Below are positions 56,858 to 56,894 of a DNA stretch of 56,894 nt, piece after piece. The notes below the pieces were generated by a model. That model was not told where the DNA came from. It made no database searches and saw only the letters and a list, made by a program, of their open reading frames with translations. The translations under genes were made by a program, and so were the position numbers. Source of the stretch: a virus (Duplodnaviria; Caudoviricetes). Every line of letters starts with the position of its first letter. Within the stretch, counting starts at the first letter, position 1. The DNA lies in the IMG/VR virus record IMGVR_UViG_3300033144_008156, positions 1 through 56,894 of that record. One strand, given 5' to 3'.

Positions 56858-56894
56858 TTTAAATATATTATCTACCTCTACTTACATCACTATC

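Noticed and set aside
1-56894. Stop-codon reassignment, as seen in some crAss-like phages
   Set aside because: The giant genes are fully open in the standard code, and TAA, TAG and TGA all end genes at tight operon junctions.

Overview
This window is part of an AT-rich, crAss-like (Crassvirales-type) podophage genome in the standard genetic code. The host is most likely Bacteroidota: starts are A-rich without Shine-Dalgarno sites, and TAnnTTTG boxes are present. Two modules converge at a hairpin at about 37.2 kb. The + strand (1-37189) carries tail genes (tail tubular/ring protein, a very large tail stabilisation/muzzle protein), ejected cargo proteins and three giant virion proteins, including a single-chain RNA polymerase (DYDID motif). 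The - strand (37239-56857) carries replication and repair genes: family A DNA polymerase, SF2 helicase, DnaB, AAA ATPase, SSB, primase, RusA-like resolvase, PD-(D/E)xK nuclease and UNG. Six observations stand out. (1) A complete phage-encoded ubiquitin-like conjugation cassette (Ubl precursor, E2-like, JAB, E1/ThiF) sits inside the replication module. (2) The three giant virion proteins have only 4 Cys in 6344 aa, all at the two head-to-tail junctions, suggesting a disulfide-linked chain. (3) A cargo protein is punctuated by a recurring GGxLPxYQS motif. (4) A structured intergenic region at 38.37-38.61 kb holds a candidate antisense sRNA and two multi-stem RNAs. (5) Four zinc-finger paralogs lie in tandem. 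(6) A YkgJ-family gene is frameshifted by a perfect 43-bp duplication. All family assignments come from motif recognition by eye; no searches were run.
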